Source of the DNA: Mobula hypostoma
Taxonomy: Eukaryota
Reading direction: 5' to 3'
NCBI RefSeq assembly: GCF_963921235.1
Contig: NC_086097.1
Coordinates: forward strand, 221,590,001-221,654,000
DNA length: 64,000 nt
The notes under the pieces were generated by a model. That model ran no database searches. It saw only the letters and a list, made by a program, of their open reading frames with translations, and was not told the DNA's origin. A program made the translations under genes and the position numbers. This document shows, piece by piece, positions 12,117-25,220 of this stretch (the stretch's first letter is position 1; the number at the start of each line of letters is the position of its first letter).

Positions 12117-12734
12117 TAAATGTTGAAAGATGTAGTTAGAGTGGATACGGAGAGGATGTTTCTATGGTGCAGGAGTCTAGGACCTGAGGACACATCCTCA
12201 GAATACAAGGACATACCTTTAGAATGGAGATGAGGAGGGATTTCTTTATATGGAATTCATTGCCACAGATGGCTGGGTCTTTGGGTGTATTTAAAGTGGA
12301 GGTTTCTAGGTTCTAGATTGGTAAGGGCATCAAAGGTTATGGGGAAAGGCAGCAGAGTGGGGTTGAGAGGGATAATAAATCAACCATGCTGGAATGCCAG
12401 ATGCAGACTCGATGGACCAAATGGTGTAATTCTGCTTCTATGTCTTATGATCTTATAGTCAAAACCAAATGCATCAAACTGCTTTACATAAATATACATT
12501 CAAACAAAAAGGAAAACCATTAAAGCTTGACTAATTGCCTTTATGCTCCCTGTCTTTTGTATTGTACTGTCTGCTCTGCTACTTCTCTGCAGGGCTCCCA
12601 TCCTTGGCTCCAGACAAGCTGATTCTAGTTGTTTCTTTGAACTGTAAGATGTCACAAATAACTGAGAAATTAATGAATTGATGAAGGTCCAAGAGTAGTG
12701 CTGGGAAACTTGCTCATGATGCACAAGGACACAA

Positions 12735-14100
12735 GAATATAGGAACAGACATAGGTCATCAGACCTCTTAAACCTGTCCAGCCATTCTATGTGATAATGG
12801 CAGACCTGTTCTCTCCTCAACTCTTCTGTGCGAGTTCCTCATAAATCTCACTTTCTTGATCATTCAGATATTCCTGTCTTCACTTTAAATACTACATATT
12901 TAACTATCTGTCCTGCTAAATTCTTGTGATTCATGCATGAGAAATTGCAGATCCCTCTGAATTCACTCACTTGCAGTCTCTCTCCATTTAGAAAATACCT
13001 TGTCTTTTGATTCCCCCTACTAAAGTAGATCATCTCACACTTCCCCTCATTAAACTTCATTTGCCAGAATTTTTCCCAATCACGCAAAGTATCTACAGTA
13101 TATCCCATTGCAGAATCACAATGTCACATTACCAGATGCTGATGCAACTATTTTTGAATCACTGGCCAATTTAGAAACCTTATATTTTGTTCCTTCTTCC
13201 AGGTCATTAATGTAAATTGTAAACATGCAAGATATGCCACAAAAATAAGCGGGTTAGCAAACTGTGAGGAGCTGCAAAGGAAAACAGATGGATAAAGTGA
13301 TAAGGCAAGAAATTGACAGACGGAGTATAGTTTAGGAAATGATAATTTATCCACTTTGGAAGGAAGAATGAAAACGTAAACTTCCATTTAAATGGAGTGA
13401 CCCACAAATGTTACAGTACATAGGCATCTAAAGCTTTAAGTGCAAAAAAAAACACAGATATTAAGTAGTCAGGTAGAGCAGAGAATAGAATGCCAAAAGA
13501 AGGCTAAATGAAAGTTGAACTTCATTGCAAAGAATAGTATGAAGTTTCGATGCAATGTTACTGGGTCCTGTTGAAACCTCACCTGGAATGGTGCATCCAA
13601 TTTTGGTCTCCATATTTAACATGGTTGTACTTGCACTCGGGGACAGTTCAAGAAGGTTCATTAGATTGATTTCAGGGATTAAGGGGTTAGTGTCCGAAGA
13701 AAAAAAATTGAGCATGTTAGCCTATACTTATTGAAGTTTAGAAGAAAAGTGGATTTAATTGAAACATGAGATTGACAGAGTGGTTTCTGAGTAACTATTT
13801 CCTGCATTGGCAATATCAAAATCTAGGGGGCCCAATTTCAGAATAAGGGATGGCTGATTGAGCACAATGATGAAGAGGAATTTTTTTTCTCAGAGAGTTA
13901 GAATTCTTCTGGATTCTCTAGCCTGGGAAGCCATGGAGACAAGCGGATTGAACATATTCAAGTGGCAGATTGACAGATGTTTTAATAAACTGGGAGTCAA
14001 GAGGTATGGGGAAAATTCTAGAGTGTGAGTTAAGACCAAGACTGAATCAGTCATAACCATGGAGCAAAAATTGCTGGTGTTTTTATTGGCTGTATTCCAA
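12735..14100. mobile_element. Two old CR1 fragments, minus (about 12735-13210) then plus (about 13230-14100)
   Basis: WQMKFNEGKCEMIYF...YFLNGERLQ on the minus strand; decayed ORF2 end on the plus strand. Confidence 0.65.
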
Positions 14101-15199
14101 ACCTTCTCTGGTACCATTCCCCAAATCTTTTTCTGATATACTGACGGCTGTATTGGTGTTGCTTCCTTACTTCCAGATTTGAGACATTGACTGGACTAAT
14201 TTTGCTCTTGTTTCTTATATTGTTACACCAATAATTTAGAAACTATGGCATTTGAATAGTTACAAAGATCTTTGCTCCACCATTTGGTATGAGTAAAGGC
14301 AAGACTGAACTTGTTTTATAAATCATGTCTTCATTCAACACCAATATTTTTTCCTATAAGCATCAGGTATCATTCCAGCTGTAAATTCTTTTGACTTCAC
14401 TTCCTTTTCAAATTGAGACTTAACTTTGCTGGACAAAATTTCAGACTAAGTAAGGATGCTTGCATTTTTCGAAGCATGTCATTAGAATTTTGAGAGGTAA
14501 AAAAATACAATGAATTTCATCATTACCTAAACTTTGAAGATTTTTTTTTTGTTTTTGTTTGATTTTACATCTACTTGCATTTCCCTAAGAATTGGGTTGT
14601 TAGAGTAATAAACTACTTACTTTGTTTTGTTAAGAAATTCTCCCTCAAAGGCTTTTAATGATTTTTTTAAAAGGCAGACAGACTGTTGATAGGCTAATGG
14701 GTGAAAGGTTACCATGGGTAAACAGGAGTGCAGAACTGAGCTTGCAATCAAATCAACCATGATCTTATTAAATGATGGAGTAGATTTGAGGAACTGAGAA
14801 GCCTACACACCCCCACTCTTAATTTGTATGTTCCTGTGCCTGTGTAACCATAATATGCGACAATATGCAATACAGAATCAAATTTAATGCCTGTTCACCA
14901 GCTGAGAAGCAGCAATTTTCTATTTTTCTGTTTTCTATATCAGAATAGAAAGGGCAATATGTCAGATAAGGCATTTTATTTCATGCTTTTTTCTTTACAT
15001 TCCAAGTTAGAATGAACACTTGAATAAGAGTGAAACCTGGGCTTTGCTCCTGTTAATCCCTTATGGCATTGCAATGTTGCCAGGTAGCTACTTGCTTTTC
15101 TGTGCCACAACTGCAGTAGCACATATGGTGATATGAAACATCGAAGTTAACAAGATTAAGCTAATAGGCTAGTTCAATGCCAGAGGGCAATTAGTATTA

Positions 15200-15750
15200 C
15201 TCAAGGACAGTTAGGCCAATTAACCATACGTAGGAAGGAACATCAGATGGATTCTAATGTCAATGTAAATATAGGTATCGCATACCAAACTAGGAAATGG
15301 CAATCAATCATCGGTGAAGCGAAGGTGGGATTGGTTGTAATTGCTAAGCATTCATTTAAAAGCTGAGGGTCAATAAAAAGGTTGTTGGCAAAAAAGATAT
15401 TGAGGACATAAAGGGAGACACCTTTTCAGAATTCATAAAACTGTCGGGTTTATACGAGAAAGGTGTGAAACAAGAAGGGGAGGAATTATTTTGACACGAC
15501 TTAGAACTGGGCATACCATGCTTGACTATTCCTTATATCTTTTCGGAAAACATCATTCTGGGTTGTGTAAGTTTTGTCATAATTATGAAACAGTTGAACA
15601 TATTGTATATCATTACAGTGTGAAGCATATAAGGATGAAATTAATCAAATGCAGTCTCCATTACAATATTTGGAGGATTGATAGTTTTCATTTAAAAACT
15701 TTGTTAAGTTATGGGAGTGACCTTAATTTAATTCATGGTATTAAATATTT
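15200..15750 (+). mobile_element. Nimb/I-group LINE C-terminal remnant
   Basis: TRLRTGHTML...GKHHSGLCKFCHNYETVEHI, the zinc-knuckle motif typical of the ORF2 end in I-group LINEs. Confidence 0.65.
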
Positions 15751-15754
15751 CAGT

Positions 15755-15990
15755 TATACTTTATACTTTATACTTTATTGTCGCCAAAAAATTGATACTA
15801 GAACATACAATCATCACAGCGATATTTGATTCTGTACTTCCTGCTCCCTGGAGTACAAACCAATAGTAAATATTAAAATTTAAATTATAAATCATAAATA
15901 GAAAATAGAAAATGGGAAGTAAGGTAGTGCAAAGAAACCGAGAGGCAGGTCCGTATATTTGGAGGGTATGGCCCAGATCCGGGTCCATCA
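15755..15990 (-). mobile_element. Rex1-type LINE 3'UTR fragment
   Basis: Minus-strand AATAAA followed by a (AAGTATA)n-like terminal repeat. Confidence 0.5.
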
Positions 15991-17509
15991 TTTGAACAAA
16001 CACCAAGTAGAATTAATCTAAAAGGGTAATTAATTCAATCTTCTGTATACTGATGTAGGTGAGGGAGAAGTTAATCCTTAATTTTTGATTTATTCAAGGT
16101 CATATACTCAGCCCGTCCTAGTGGAAATGGTGTAATTGACAATACATAAAACTGGCTTTTGAAATGGACCATCAATTAGGAAGTTGCTGCAGAAAACTTT
16201 GAATCAATAATTACTTGTAACCCTGTTGTCTAATAAATTGTGTGTGACTGGGGTCCAGAGCAACAGCTGACCTAACCATCCCATTTTCCTCAGTTTCTAC
16301 CCTAAACCTGTCCCAAATAACTACAGACTACATACATGCTTAAGAATGGTAACAAACCCTGTAAGAAAATTGCATGATTGATATCTATCCTAAAATACAC
16401 TCAGTTTCATTACACTCAGACAGGCCCAGTGGTATCTGTGCAGAAGAACCTTATACACATGGAATTCTGCTACAATTTCTGTGGCACAATGCACACTGAG
16501 GTCTTGACTTCATTTAGCATTTAGGTTTAAAATTGTTTCCATCACGGAGTACATAAAAATCATTATATTATGTGATAGAATTTCTAGATGTTGATATGTT
16601 GGTACTTGTAAGGACATAGTACATATTGTGTAGCTGTGAATATGGTGCTTAGCAACTGAGTGTTTCATTCAGAGCAACATATTTTTTGTGTGTACACTTG
16701 TTGAGTTGTATTGTTGCAATATACGTACCAAATTGCTTCTGTTGATGTTAATCTTAAAATAAAACTAAATGAACCCTTTAGCAAAGTGCTGGTGATTTAT
16801 ATAGTGTGTTTTATTTACTCCTCCTTTGGTTGAAAAAACTGCTGGTAAAACTTGCAGAAGTAATGCCTGAAACCATATGAAGCTCATACATACATAATTA
16901 ATTAATGGCTGCATAGGGATTTAAAAAAAACTGTACAAGATTAGTAACACATATGGTTTCATTCTGATTACTATAACAGGGACCAAACATTTAATATATC
17001 TTTATAGCTAGTTTATCATAGTTAAGGGAATAAAACTGATCAAAGGCTTAATTAAAAACTGAAAACACAAATCAATATTGGGTCTTCCACACGTGCCTTT
17101 TCCAAGAACCGAAGTATTCGAATCTTGTTCGTGGATTGTGCTGCTGGACTCCAGATAGGAGTGAAGCTTAATCTTCTGAGGTTTCATCCGGTTTACACTG
17201 GGGATCAGCTATGGGATCATGGGCACAGAGATACATTAACTTCAGAGAGGACTAGAGAGGTACAGTGGAAAAAATTACAGGGAAAAGCAAGTGATCCTTT
17301 ACCCAAGTATTTATTTTGTTTAATGTTTTTAATACTTCTGGGTGTTTGAAGTTCTTTTAATTTTTATAAATTTATAAGAATGATTATTTACTTTAATTTT
17401 CAATGTCTTTAAATGTTATCAAAATTAGCAATTCCCTGACGGCATAGCTGGGGTTTGTTCTCAAAGTTTTCTGGAATGTTTCAAAGTGGCACTTGTTCAG
17501 CTCAATGAG

Positions 17510-17805
17510 TTTATTTATTTATTTGTTTAGACATACAGTACAGAGCAGGTCTTTCTGACTCAATGAGTCACTCTGCCCTGCAACCCACCTATTTAACCCT
17601 AGCCTAATCACTAGACAATTTACAATCACCAATTAACTTACTAACTGGTACGTTTTTGAACTGTGGGAGGAAACCGGAGCACCCGGACGAAACCCATGTG
17701 CACACAGGAAGATCATGCAAACTTTCTTACAGAGGACACGGGAATTAAACTCTGAACTCTGATGCCCTGTGCTCTAATAGTGTCGCACTAACAGCTATGC
17801 CCTCT
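17510..17805 (-). mobile_element. V-SINE (HE1-like tRNA-derived SINE)
   Basis: The minus strand carries the V-domain gggtttcgtccgggtgctccggtttcctcccacag and an (AAAT)n tail. Confidence 0.75.
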
Positions 17806-17987
17806 TGGCACCCCTGTGTTGGAAGACTTACTGCCATGCAGAACACAATGGTGAAATCTGTCATTCTTCAGGCCAGCAAGGACTTGATCCTTTGTCTGAA
17901 GTGGCTAAATGCTGGAGAAGAGCTACAATGGACAGTGATTGCAAGCAGTGAACCCGTGGCAGCAATTACTTTAAGGCATTATTTATT

Positions 17988-18072
17988 CTACCCGTAAATA
18001 TCTTGGACTATAATTTATAACTTTTTATTTGAAAAAAATTATAAATCATAAACCAAAATATTTACAGGGTAG
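17988..18072. repeat. 85-bp AT-rich imperfect palindrome (MITE-like hairpin)
   Basis: Left arm ctacccgtaaatatcttggactataatttataac pairs with right arm ttataaatcataaaccaaaatatttacagggtag. Confidence 0.7.
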
Positions 18073-18590
18073 TCAAGTCATGTCAAGTCACTTTTTATTG
18101 TCATTTCAACCATAACCGCTGGTAGTAAAAATGAGACAACGTTTTCCAGGACCATGGTGCTACATGAAACAATACAAAAACTACACTGAACTATGCAAGA
18201 AAAAACACAAAAACTACACTTGACTACAGACCTATCGAGGACTGCATAAAGTACACAAAACAGTGCAGGCTCTATAATAAATAATAAACAAGACAAGAGG
18301 CACAGTAGGGGGCAGTAGGTTGGTGTCAGTCCAGGCTCTGGGTATTGAGGAGTCTGATGGCTTGGGGGAAGAAACTGTTACATAGTCTGGTCGTGAGAGC
18401 CCGAATGCTTCAGTGCCTTTTTCCAGATGGCAGGAGGGAGAAGAGTTTATATGAGGGGTGTGTGGGGTCCTTCATAATGCTGTTTGCTTTACGGATGCAG
18501 CGTGTGGTGTAAATGTCTGTGATGGCGGGAAAAGAGACCCCGATGATCTTCTCAGCTGACCTCACTATCTGCTGCAGGGTCTTGCGATCC
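18073..18590 (-). mobile_element. Rex1/Babar LINE 3' fragment
   Basis: The minus strand encodes LQQIVRSAEKIIG...HTPHINSSPSCHLEK-like sequence and ends with an AATAAA + (TGACT)n tail. Confidence 0.75.
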
Positions 18591-18612
18591 TATAATAATT
18601 CTATATTTGAAA

Positions 18613-18959
18613 CAGGAGAAGGAAAACTCTGATTTTGAACCTCTGCTGCCTTGCGGCCACACACACCCAAGGGAAGGACTTTGGGAATAATCCCCAGGGA
18701 AGAAATCCAGAGCCGGGGTCCCTAAGATAGTTTGATGTTGTTTACAACTTCACTCTGGCAACCTCTGCAACAACACTGGTGCCAAGCTTTATTGACGCTT
18801 GCCCTTCTCTTGGACGTGGAGAGGGGGAGCCCGCTGCATGGGCAACAGCCAGTTCTTCAAATCTTCCCACCCAGGCTTGCGCCCTGGAGAGGACACAGTC
18901 CACTAGAGGCGCAAACCCGTGATCCCCTGTGATCGATGGCTGCCTACTACTACTAGCAC
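18613..18959 (+). mobile_element. Non-autonomous RTE-related retroposon
   Basis: TSD tatttgaaa (18604-18612, 18960-18968), (TAC)n tail, homologous to 61170-61450. Confidence 0.65.
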
Positions 18960-19049
18960 TATTTGAAAGAAAGGACCCAAGGTAATGTTAAAAAAAACTT
19001 AGTTCTACTAAATGAAATTCTTAATGTAGAACAGAGCATTGAAAACCTT

Positions 19050-20822
19050 TAAAGTTCGAAGTTCAAACTTCAAAGTAAAATTTATTATCAGAGTACATAC
19101 ATGTCACCATATACAACACTGAGATTCATTTCCTGTGGGCATAATTAGTAAATCTACAGAACAGTAACTGTAAACTGTAAACAAACTGTGCAAATCCAGA
19201 TATAAATAAACAGCAATAAATAATGAACATGATGTAACAATATAAATGAGTCCTTACGTGAGTGTAGTTATCCCCTTTTGTTCAAGAGCCTGATGGCTGA
19301 GGGGTAGAAACTGGTCAATGAGATCTAGGTGTCCTTGTTCATCAGTCACTGAAAGCAAGCATGCAAGTACAGCAGGCAGTGAAGAAAGCTAATGGCATGC
19401 TGGCCTTCATAACAAGGGGAATTGAGTATAAGAGCAAAGAGGTCCTTCTGCAGTTGTACAGGGCCCTGATGAGACCACACCTGGAGTACTGTGTGCAGTT
19501 TTGTTCTCCAAATTTGAGGAAGGACATTCTTGCTATTGAGGGAGTGCAGCGTAGGTTCACAAGGTTAATTCCTGGGATGGCGGGACTGTCATATGTCGAA
19601 AGATTGGTGCAACTGGGCTTGTATACATTGGAATTTAGAAGGCTGAGAGGGGATCTTATTGAAACATATAAGATTATTAAGGGATTGGACATGCTGCAGG
19701 CAGGGAGCATGTTCCTGCTGATGGGTGAGTCCAGAACCAGAGGCCACAGTTTAAGAATTAGGGGTAGGCCATTTAGAACGGAGTTGAGGAAAAACTTTTT
19801 TACCCAGAGAGTGGTGAATATATGGAATGCTCTGCCCCAGAAGGCTGTGGAGGCAAGTCTCTGGATGCTTTCAAAAAAGAGATGGATAGCGCTCTTAAAG
19901 ATAGTGGAATCAAAGGTTATGGGGATAAGGCAGGAACTGGATACTGATTATGGATGATCAGCCATGATCACAGTGAATGGTCGTGCTGGCTCGAAGGGCC
20001 GAATGGCTACTCCTGCACCTATTGTCCATTGAACCTGGTGGTGTGAGTCCTGAGGCACCTGTAATCTACCTGATGGCAGAAGCGAATAAAGAGCATGGCC
20101 TGGGTGGTGAGGATCTTTAATAATGGATGCTGCTTTTCTATGGCAACGTTTCATGTAGATGTGCTCAATGGTTCGGAGGGTTTTACCCATGATGTACTGG
20201 GCCAAATTCACTACCTTTTGTAGGATTTTCCCCTCAAAGGCATTGGTGTTCCCATACCAGGCTGCAAAGCAGCCAGTCAGCACACTTTCCACCGCACATC
20301 TATAGAAGTTTGTCAAGGTTTTGGATGAGATGCTGAATCTCCGCAGACTCCTGAGGAAGCAGAAGTGCTGTTGTACTTTCTTCACAATAATATTTACATG
20401 ATGGGTCCAGGACAGATCCTCTGAGATAGTTACTGACCCTCTCCACCTCTGATGCGCCAATGATTACTGGCTCATGGACCTCAGGTTTCCCTCTCCTGAA
20501 GTCTACAGTTCCATGGTCTTATTGACATTGAGTGAGAAGTTGTTGCTGATTCAACTCCCCCTTTGATACAGCCCGCAAATGTGGTGTCATCTGCAAACTT
20601 GTATGTGGTATTGGAGCTGCAGTTAGCTACACAGTTATAAGTGTAAAGTGAGGAGAGAAACGGGCTAAGTACACATTCCTGCGGTGCTCCAATGCTGATG
20701 GAAATTGTGGAAGAGATGTTTTGGGGTCTACAAGTGAGGAAATCTAGGATCCAATTGCACAAGGGAGTATTGAGGCCAGGTCTTGGAGTTTACTGATTAG
20801 TTTTGAGGGGATGATGTTGTTA
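19050..20822 (-). mobile_element. Rex1/Babar LINE (RT to 3' end) interrupted by CR1
   Basis: [34 protein letters not shown] and KDPHHPGHALYSLLPSGR motifs. Confidence 0.85.
19321..20025 (+). mobile_element. CR1 3' fragment (ORF 19361-19957)
   Basis: LYRALMRPHLEYCVQF...RLRGDLIETYKI...RTRGHS...FFTQRVVNIWNALP. Confidence 0.9.
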
Positions 20823-20824
20823 GC

Positions 20825-21639
20825 TGTAATTGATAAAGAGTTTCAAAGAAACAAAGATGAGATCATGAAATATCATAAGGAAAGACCTTTCAATAACACA
20901 AGACAACAAAGATTTTGCTTCCTGAGTACTTTTGGGTGTCTTATGAATTTTGGGCTGCTGATCATGAAAATCACCAAGAAATTTCCCTATCATGCACAGT
21001 TTTAACAAAAATGCCTATATTTGTAATTTCAATTTATAATTCAAGTCAGAGTAACTGATGCCAAGATTAAGGAAGGCACTGGTCCACAAATCAGACAGGT
21101 CATCAATGACAGGTAATTCGAAGAACTTCTCGTGGGATTAGTGAAAATCGCATGGAAAGCATTCAAGGACCTTGGCAACTGCAGAGCACCAAATTATGAA
21201 AACCATTAAGTGTAACATGTCACAAAAGATTCATTTCCTGCATTTCCATTTAGACTTCTTCCCTGCAAATTCTAGCACTGTCAGTAAGAAGCATGGCACC
21301 AGAACGTTGCGGTCATGGAGAAATGGTATCAGGGCAACTGGAATCCATCAATATTGGCTGATTATTGTTGGACATTTAAGCGAGAAGCCTCAGGCACTTA
21401 GTACAAATGAAAATCGTCAATGAAACTTTTTTTTGCTTCGTTGAACTATTGCAAAGTGTCAGCACCTTTATGCAATTAAACACATTAAATTCAATAGAAG
21501 TTTCTTCTTGTTTCTCCAAATTCCTACGTGATGCAAGTAGTCTGAAATTAAGTTTGTGTTCTGCTTCAAGTAGTCTATCAGAAACAAAAAGAAAAATATT
21601 CTGAGAAAGCAATACTTCGAAAAAATTTATTATCCAGTG
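20825..21639 (+). mobile_element. Chapaev3-like DNA transposon remnant
   Basis: DAKIKEG..GPQIRQV...IAWKAFKD..LGNCRAPNY..CNMSQKIHFLHFHLDFFPAN; ends CCAGTG followed by TAA. Confidence 0.75.
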
Positions 21640-21920
21640 TAATCGATACTATATTGCCCAATATGTATTAATTTTCTAATGAACAAAATCTATTAAATAT
21701 TAACCAAAAATATGGAAACTATGCACCTGATTATTGACTACAGAAGGAAGGAGTTGGCAGTCCATGAATCAGTCTGTATTAGGGTATTGGAGATGTTAGA
21801 GAGTCAGGAACTTTAAATTATTTGGCGTTATTATATTGGAAGTTTTGTCCTGGGACGAGCATGTAAGTACCATCACAGAGAAGGCATGACAGCACCTCTA
21901 CTTTGATAATAAATTTACTT

Positions 21921-22300
21921 AGTCATAGAGTCATAGAAAACTACAGTACAGAAATTGGGTCTTTGGCCATCTAGTTCAAGCTGAACCATATAATCTGCCT
22001 AGTCCCATCCACCTGCACCTGGACCAGAGCCACCACACCCCTCCTATCCATGCACCTGTCCAAACTTCTCTTAAACATTGAAATTGACTCTACATTCACC
22101 ACTTGCTCTGACAGCTCGTTCCACACTCTCACCACCCTCTGACTGGAGAAATTTCCCCTCATGTTCCCCTTAAACATTTCAGCTTTCAACCTTAACCCAT
22201 GACCTCTAGCTGTAGTCCACCCAATCTCAGTGTAATGATCCTTTCTATACCCCTCCTAATTTTGTATACTTTATCAAATCCCTCCATCTTCTACATTCTT
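21921..22300 (-). mobile_element. CR1 3' fragment
   Basis: GNFSSQRVVRVWNEL and a ctatgactctatgact tail on the minus strand. Confidence 0.75.
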
Positions 22301-22401
22301 GCAAGCTGTCATATTTCATACAGCATAGATGGCCATTTAGTGACTATTGAGTCAATGGCGGCTCCGAGAGTAATCCCAACAATCTCATTCCCTGAAACGT
22401 T

Positions 22402-23193
22402 GTCACATGGTGTGAGCAGAATTATCTGCAGCTTAATGTGAAAAAGGCTAAGGAGCTGGTGGTAGACCTGTGGAGAGCTAAGGTACTGGTGACGCCTGTT
22501 TCCATCCAGGGGGTCAGTGTGGACATGGTGGAGGATTACATATACCTGGGGATACGAATTGACAAAAAACTGGACTGGTCTAAGAACACTGAGGCTGTCT
22601 ACAAGGGTCAGAGCCGTCTCTATTTCCTGAGGAGACTGAGGTCCTTTAACATCTGCCGGACGATGCTGAGGATGTTCTATGAGTCTGTGGTGACCAGTGC
22701 TGTCATGTTTGCTGTTGTGTGCTGGGGCAGCAGGCTGAGAGTAGCAGACACCAACAGAATCAACAAACTCATTCGTAAGGCCAGTGATGTTGTGGGGATG
22801 GAACTGGACTCTCTGACGGTGGTGTCTGAAAAGAGGATGCTGTCTAAGTTGCATGCCATCTTGGTCAATGTCTCCCATCCATTACATAATGTACTGGGTG
22901 GGCACAGGAGTACATTCAGCCAGAGACTCATTCCACCGAGATGCAACGCTGAGCATCATAGGAAGTCATTCCTGCCTGTGGCCATCAAACTTTACAACTC
23001 CTCACTTGGAGGGTCAGACACCCTGAGCCAATAGGCTGGTCCTGGACTTATTTCATAATTTACTGGCATAACTTACATATTACTATTTAACTATTTATGG
23101 TTCTATTACTATTTATTATTTATGGTGCAACTGTAATGAAAACCAATTTCTCCCGGGATCAATAAAGTATGACTCTGACTATGACTATGACTA
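22402..23193 (+). mobile_element. Rex1/Babar LINE 3' fragment
   Basis: ORF 22438-23034 has KGQSRLYFLRRLRSF...RKSFLPVAIKLYN; AATAAA + (ACTATG)n tail. Confidence 0.9.
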
Positions 23194-24084
23194 TCCCTAT
23201 ACTCCCATAGTTGCCTATTACCACCCTATTGTTTTTCCATCACCCACCTACGGTGGAGCAATGTATAGCAGACAAATAGTCTACCAACCAACACATCTTT
23301 AGGGTGTGGGAGTTTGCATGTTCTCTAGGGAGAATAAGCAAACTCTACTTAGCATTCAGGGTCAGGACCAATCCCAGGTCTCTGGAGCCGTGGGACAACG
23401 GCATCCCTATGTTGTCCCCTGGGATTCAAACTTTTTGACCGAAGTTGCAATAGAAAAAGTTCCATCATAGTAAATGGCACTGTTAACCAACATACCTTCT
23501 TATAATTAATGGATATAACTTTGATGAAATGAGCCATAATAAGAAAGATTACACTTCAGTGTTTTTGGAAGTCATGGCTATTGACTTTTATAAACATTCA
23601 TCACTGTAAACTTATACTGGCAATCTAAGTTCATGCAATAAATTGCATATTTATGAAAAGACTGATGGATTGATATCTTTTAGCAGGGCTAAACATAATT
23701 GAAGGTTGCTTATTGCATAGACCCTAAATAATTAAAATTAATCTCATTATAGATGTCTTCTCTGGAGCATAATTTAATCAAATAACAGCTAAATGGTATT
23801 GCTAGGACACATTATTAATGGTTAAACAATCGGGGAGTGCTGTAATGCACAAAGGTTCATGCATTATTTAATGGTTGTTCTGAGACAGGACGAAAAGGCA
23901 GATCAATGTTAACATGTTATCTCATCAATAGGAGCAGAAAAATTTTCAAATAAGTTTTTTAATCCGAAACAGCTTTTGTATGTAATAATGAACCATGTAG
24001 TATCATCTATTTCCACATTTTGAGAAACAATTTCTTGCAGAATTTTAGTAACTTATTTTACTTTATTTTATTCATTTAGAGATA

Positions 24085-24942
24085 CAAATGCACACAAGAA
24101 GAGCTGTAACGAAACTTTGTTCCGAAGAGCGGAGACACACTGCAGCACAGCGGAACTAAAGGATAGAGAACAGAAACATCTCTTTAAAGTATTTGCATGA
24201 AACGGATAGCTATGGAACTTCATGTGAAGATGCCTACAAGGTTGACACTCACCAACCAAGAAGTGACTAAATGGGTTGTCCTTCCATGCATTCAAAATAT
24301 CTTGGAAATGACAGCCCGACTGCTCCAAGAACATAGAATTTTAGTCACACACAAGCCAACAGCAATGTTGAAAAGAGTACTTTTCAGACCAATGTTAGAC
24401 AATGTTAGACCACCTATAAGACAAGACCAATATGGTTTACAAAATCGAATGCAGGGACTGCAGGAAATATTACATCAGCCAAACAGGGAGAAAACGATCT
24501 GCAAGGATCCATGAACATCAAACGGCTGTAAAGCAGCGTGACCAATTCTCCCAGATCCCCACTGATGACGTTTGAGAGGGGCATCAGTGAAAGTCCTGCT
24601 GCAAGTGAACACACAGCATGCAAGAGAATTCTTTGAAGCCTGATTTTCGGCAAGCAGTTCTGTAAACAAACATGCAGACCTCGATCCTATTTATGATCCG
24701 ATGCGGGCAAAATTCCAGACGACAACAAACAAAGTTTACACACAACCAATCAGCGCCAAGATTTCCTCCCCACATTGCAAACAAGTTTCTGAAATGACAT
24801 CCAATTAGCTGATTGAAAAGTATGTAAAGTCCAAGCATTCAGAAGACACACCATAATTAGCAGCACACTGTTGATGGCTCCTCACATGGTGATGAAACGT
24901 TTGCAAGTAAATTGCCAAGATCGGAGAATTGCCCAACCCAAC
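24085..24942 (+). mobile_element. Penelope-like element 3' part (GIY-YIG endonuclease) inserted in a V-SINE tail
   Basis: NMVYKIECRDCRKYYISQTGR...RIHEH motif and a 12-bp TSD catttagagata (24073-24084, 24943-24954). Confidence 0.85.
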
Positions 24943-25220
24943 CATTTAGAGATATAGGGCAGAATAGGCCCTACTAGCCCTTTGAGCCACACCGCCCAAC
25001 AGCTACGATTTAACCCCAACCTAATCACTGGACAATTTACAATGACCAGTCAACCTACTTTGGACTGTGGAAGGAAACCAGAGAGGGCCCAGAGAAAACC
25101 CATGCGTTCCACAGTGAGGACGTACAGAGACTCCTTACAGAGGAAGCCGGGATTGAGCTCTGAACTCTGATGCCCATGAGCTGTAATGGAGTTGGGCTAA
25201 CCACCACGCCAGCGTGGCTC
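24943..25220 (-). mobile_element. V-SINE (HE1-like)
   Basis: Homologous to 17510-17805. Confidence 0.7.

Larger units (their letters stand above)
9950..12458 (+). mobile_element. CR1 LINE (RT region to 3' end) interrupted by RTE and PLE insertions
   Basis: SQHGFLKG.SCLTN...VDVLYLDFQKTFD. CR1 resumes after each insert and ends in a tcttatga/tcttatag tail. Confidence 0.85.
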
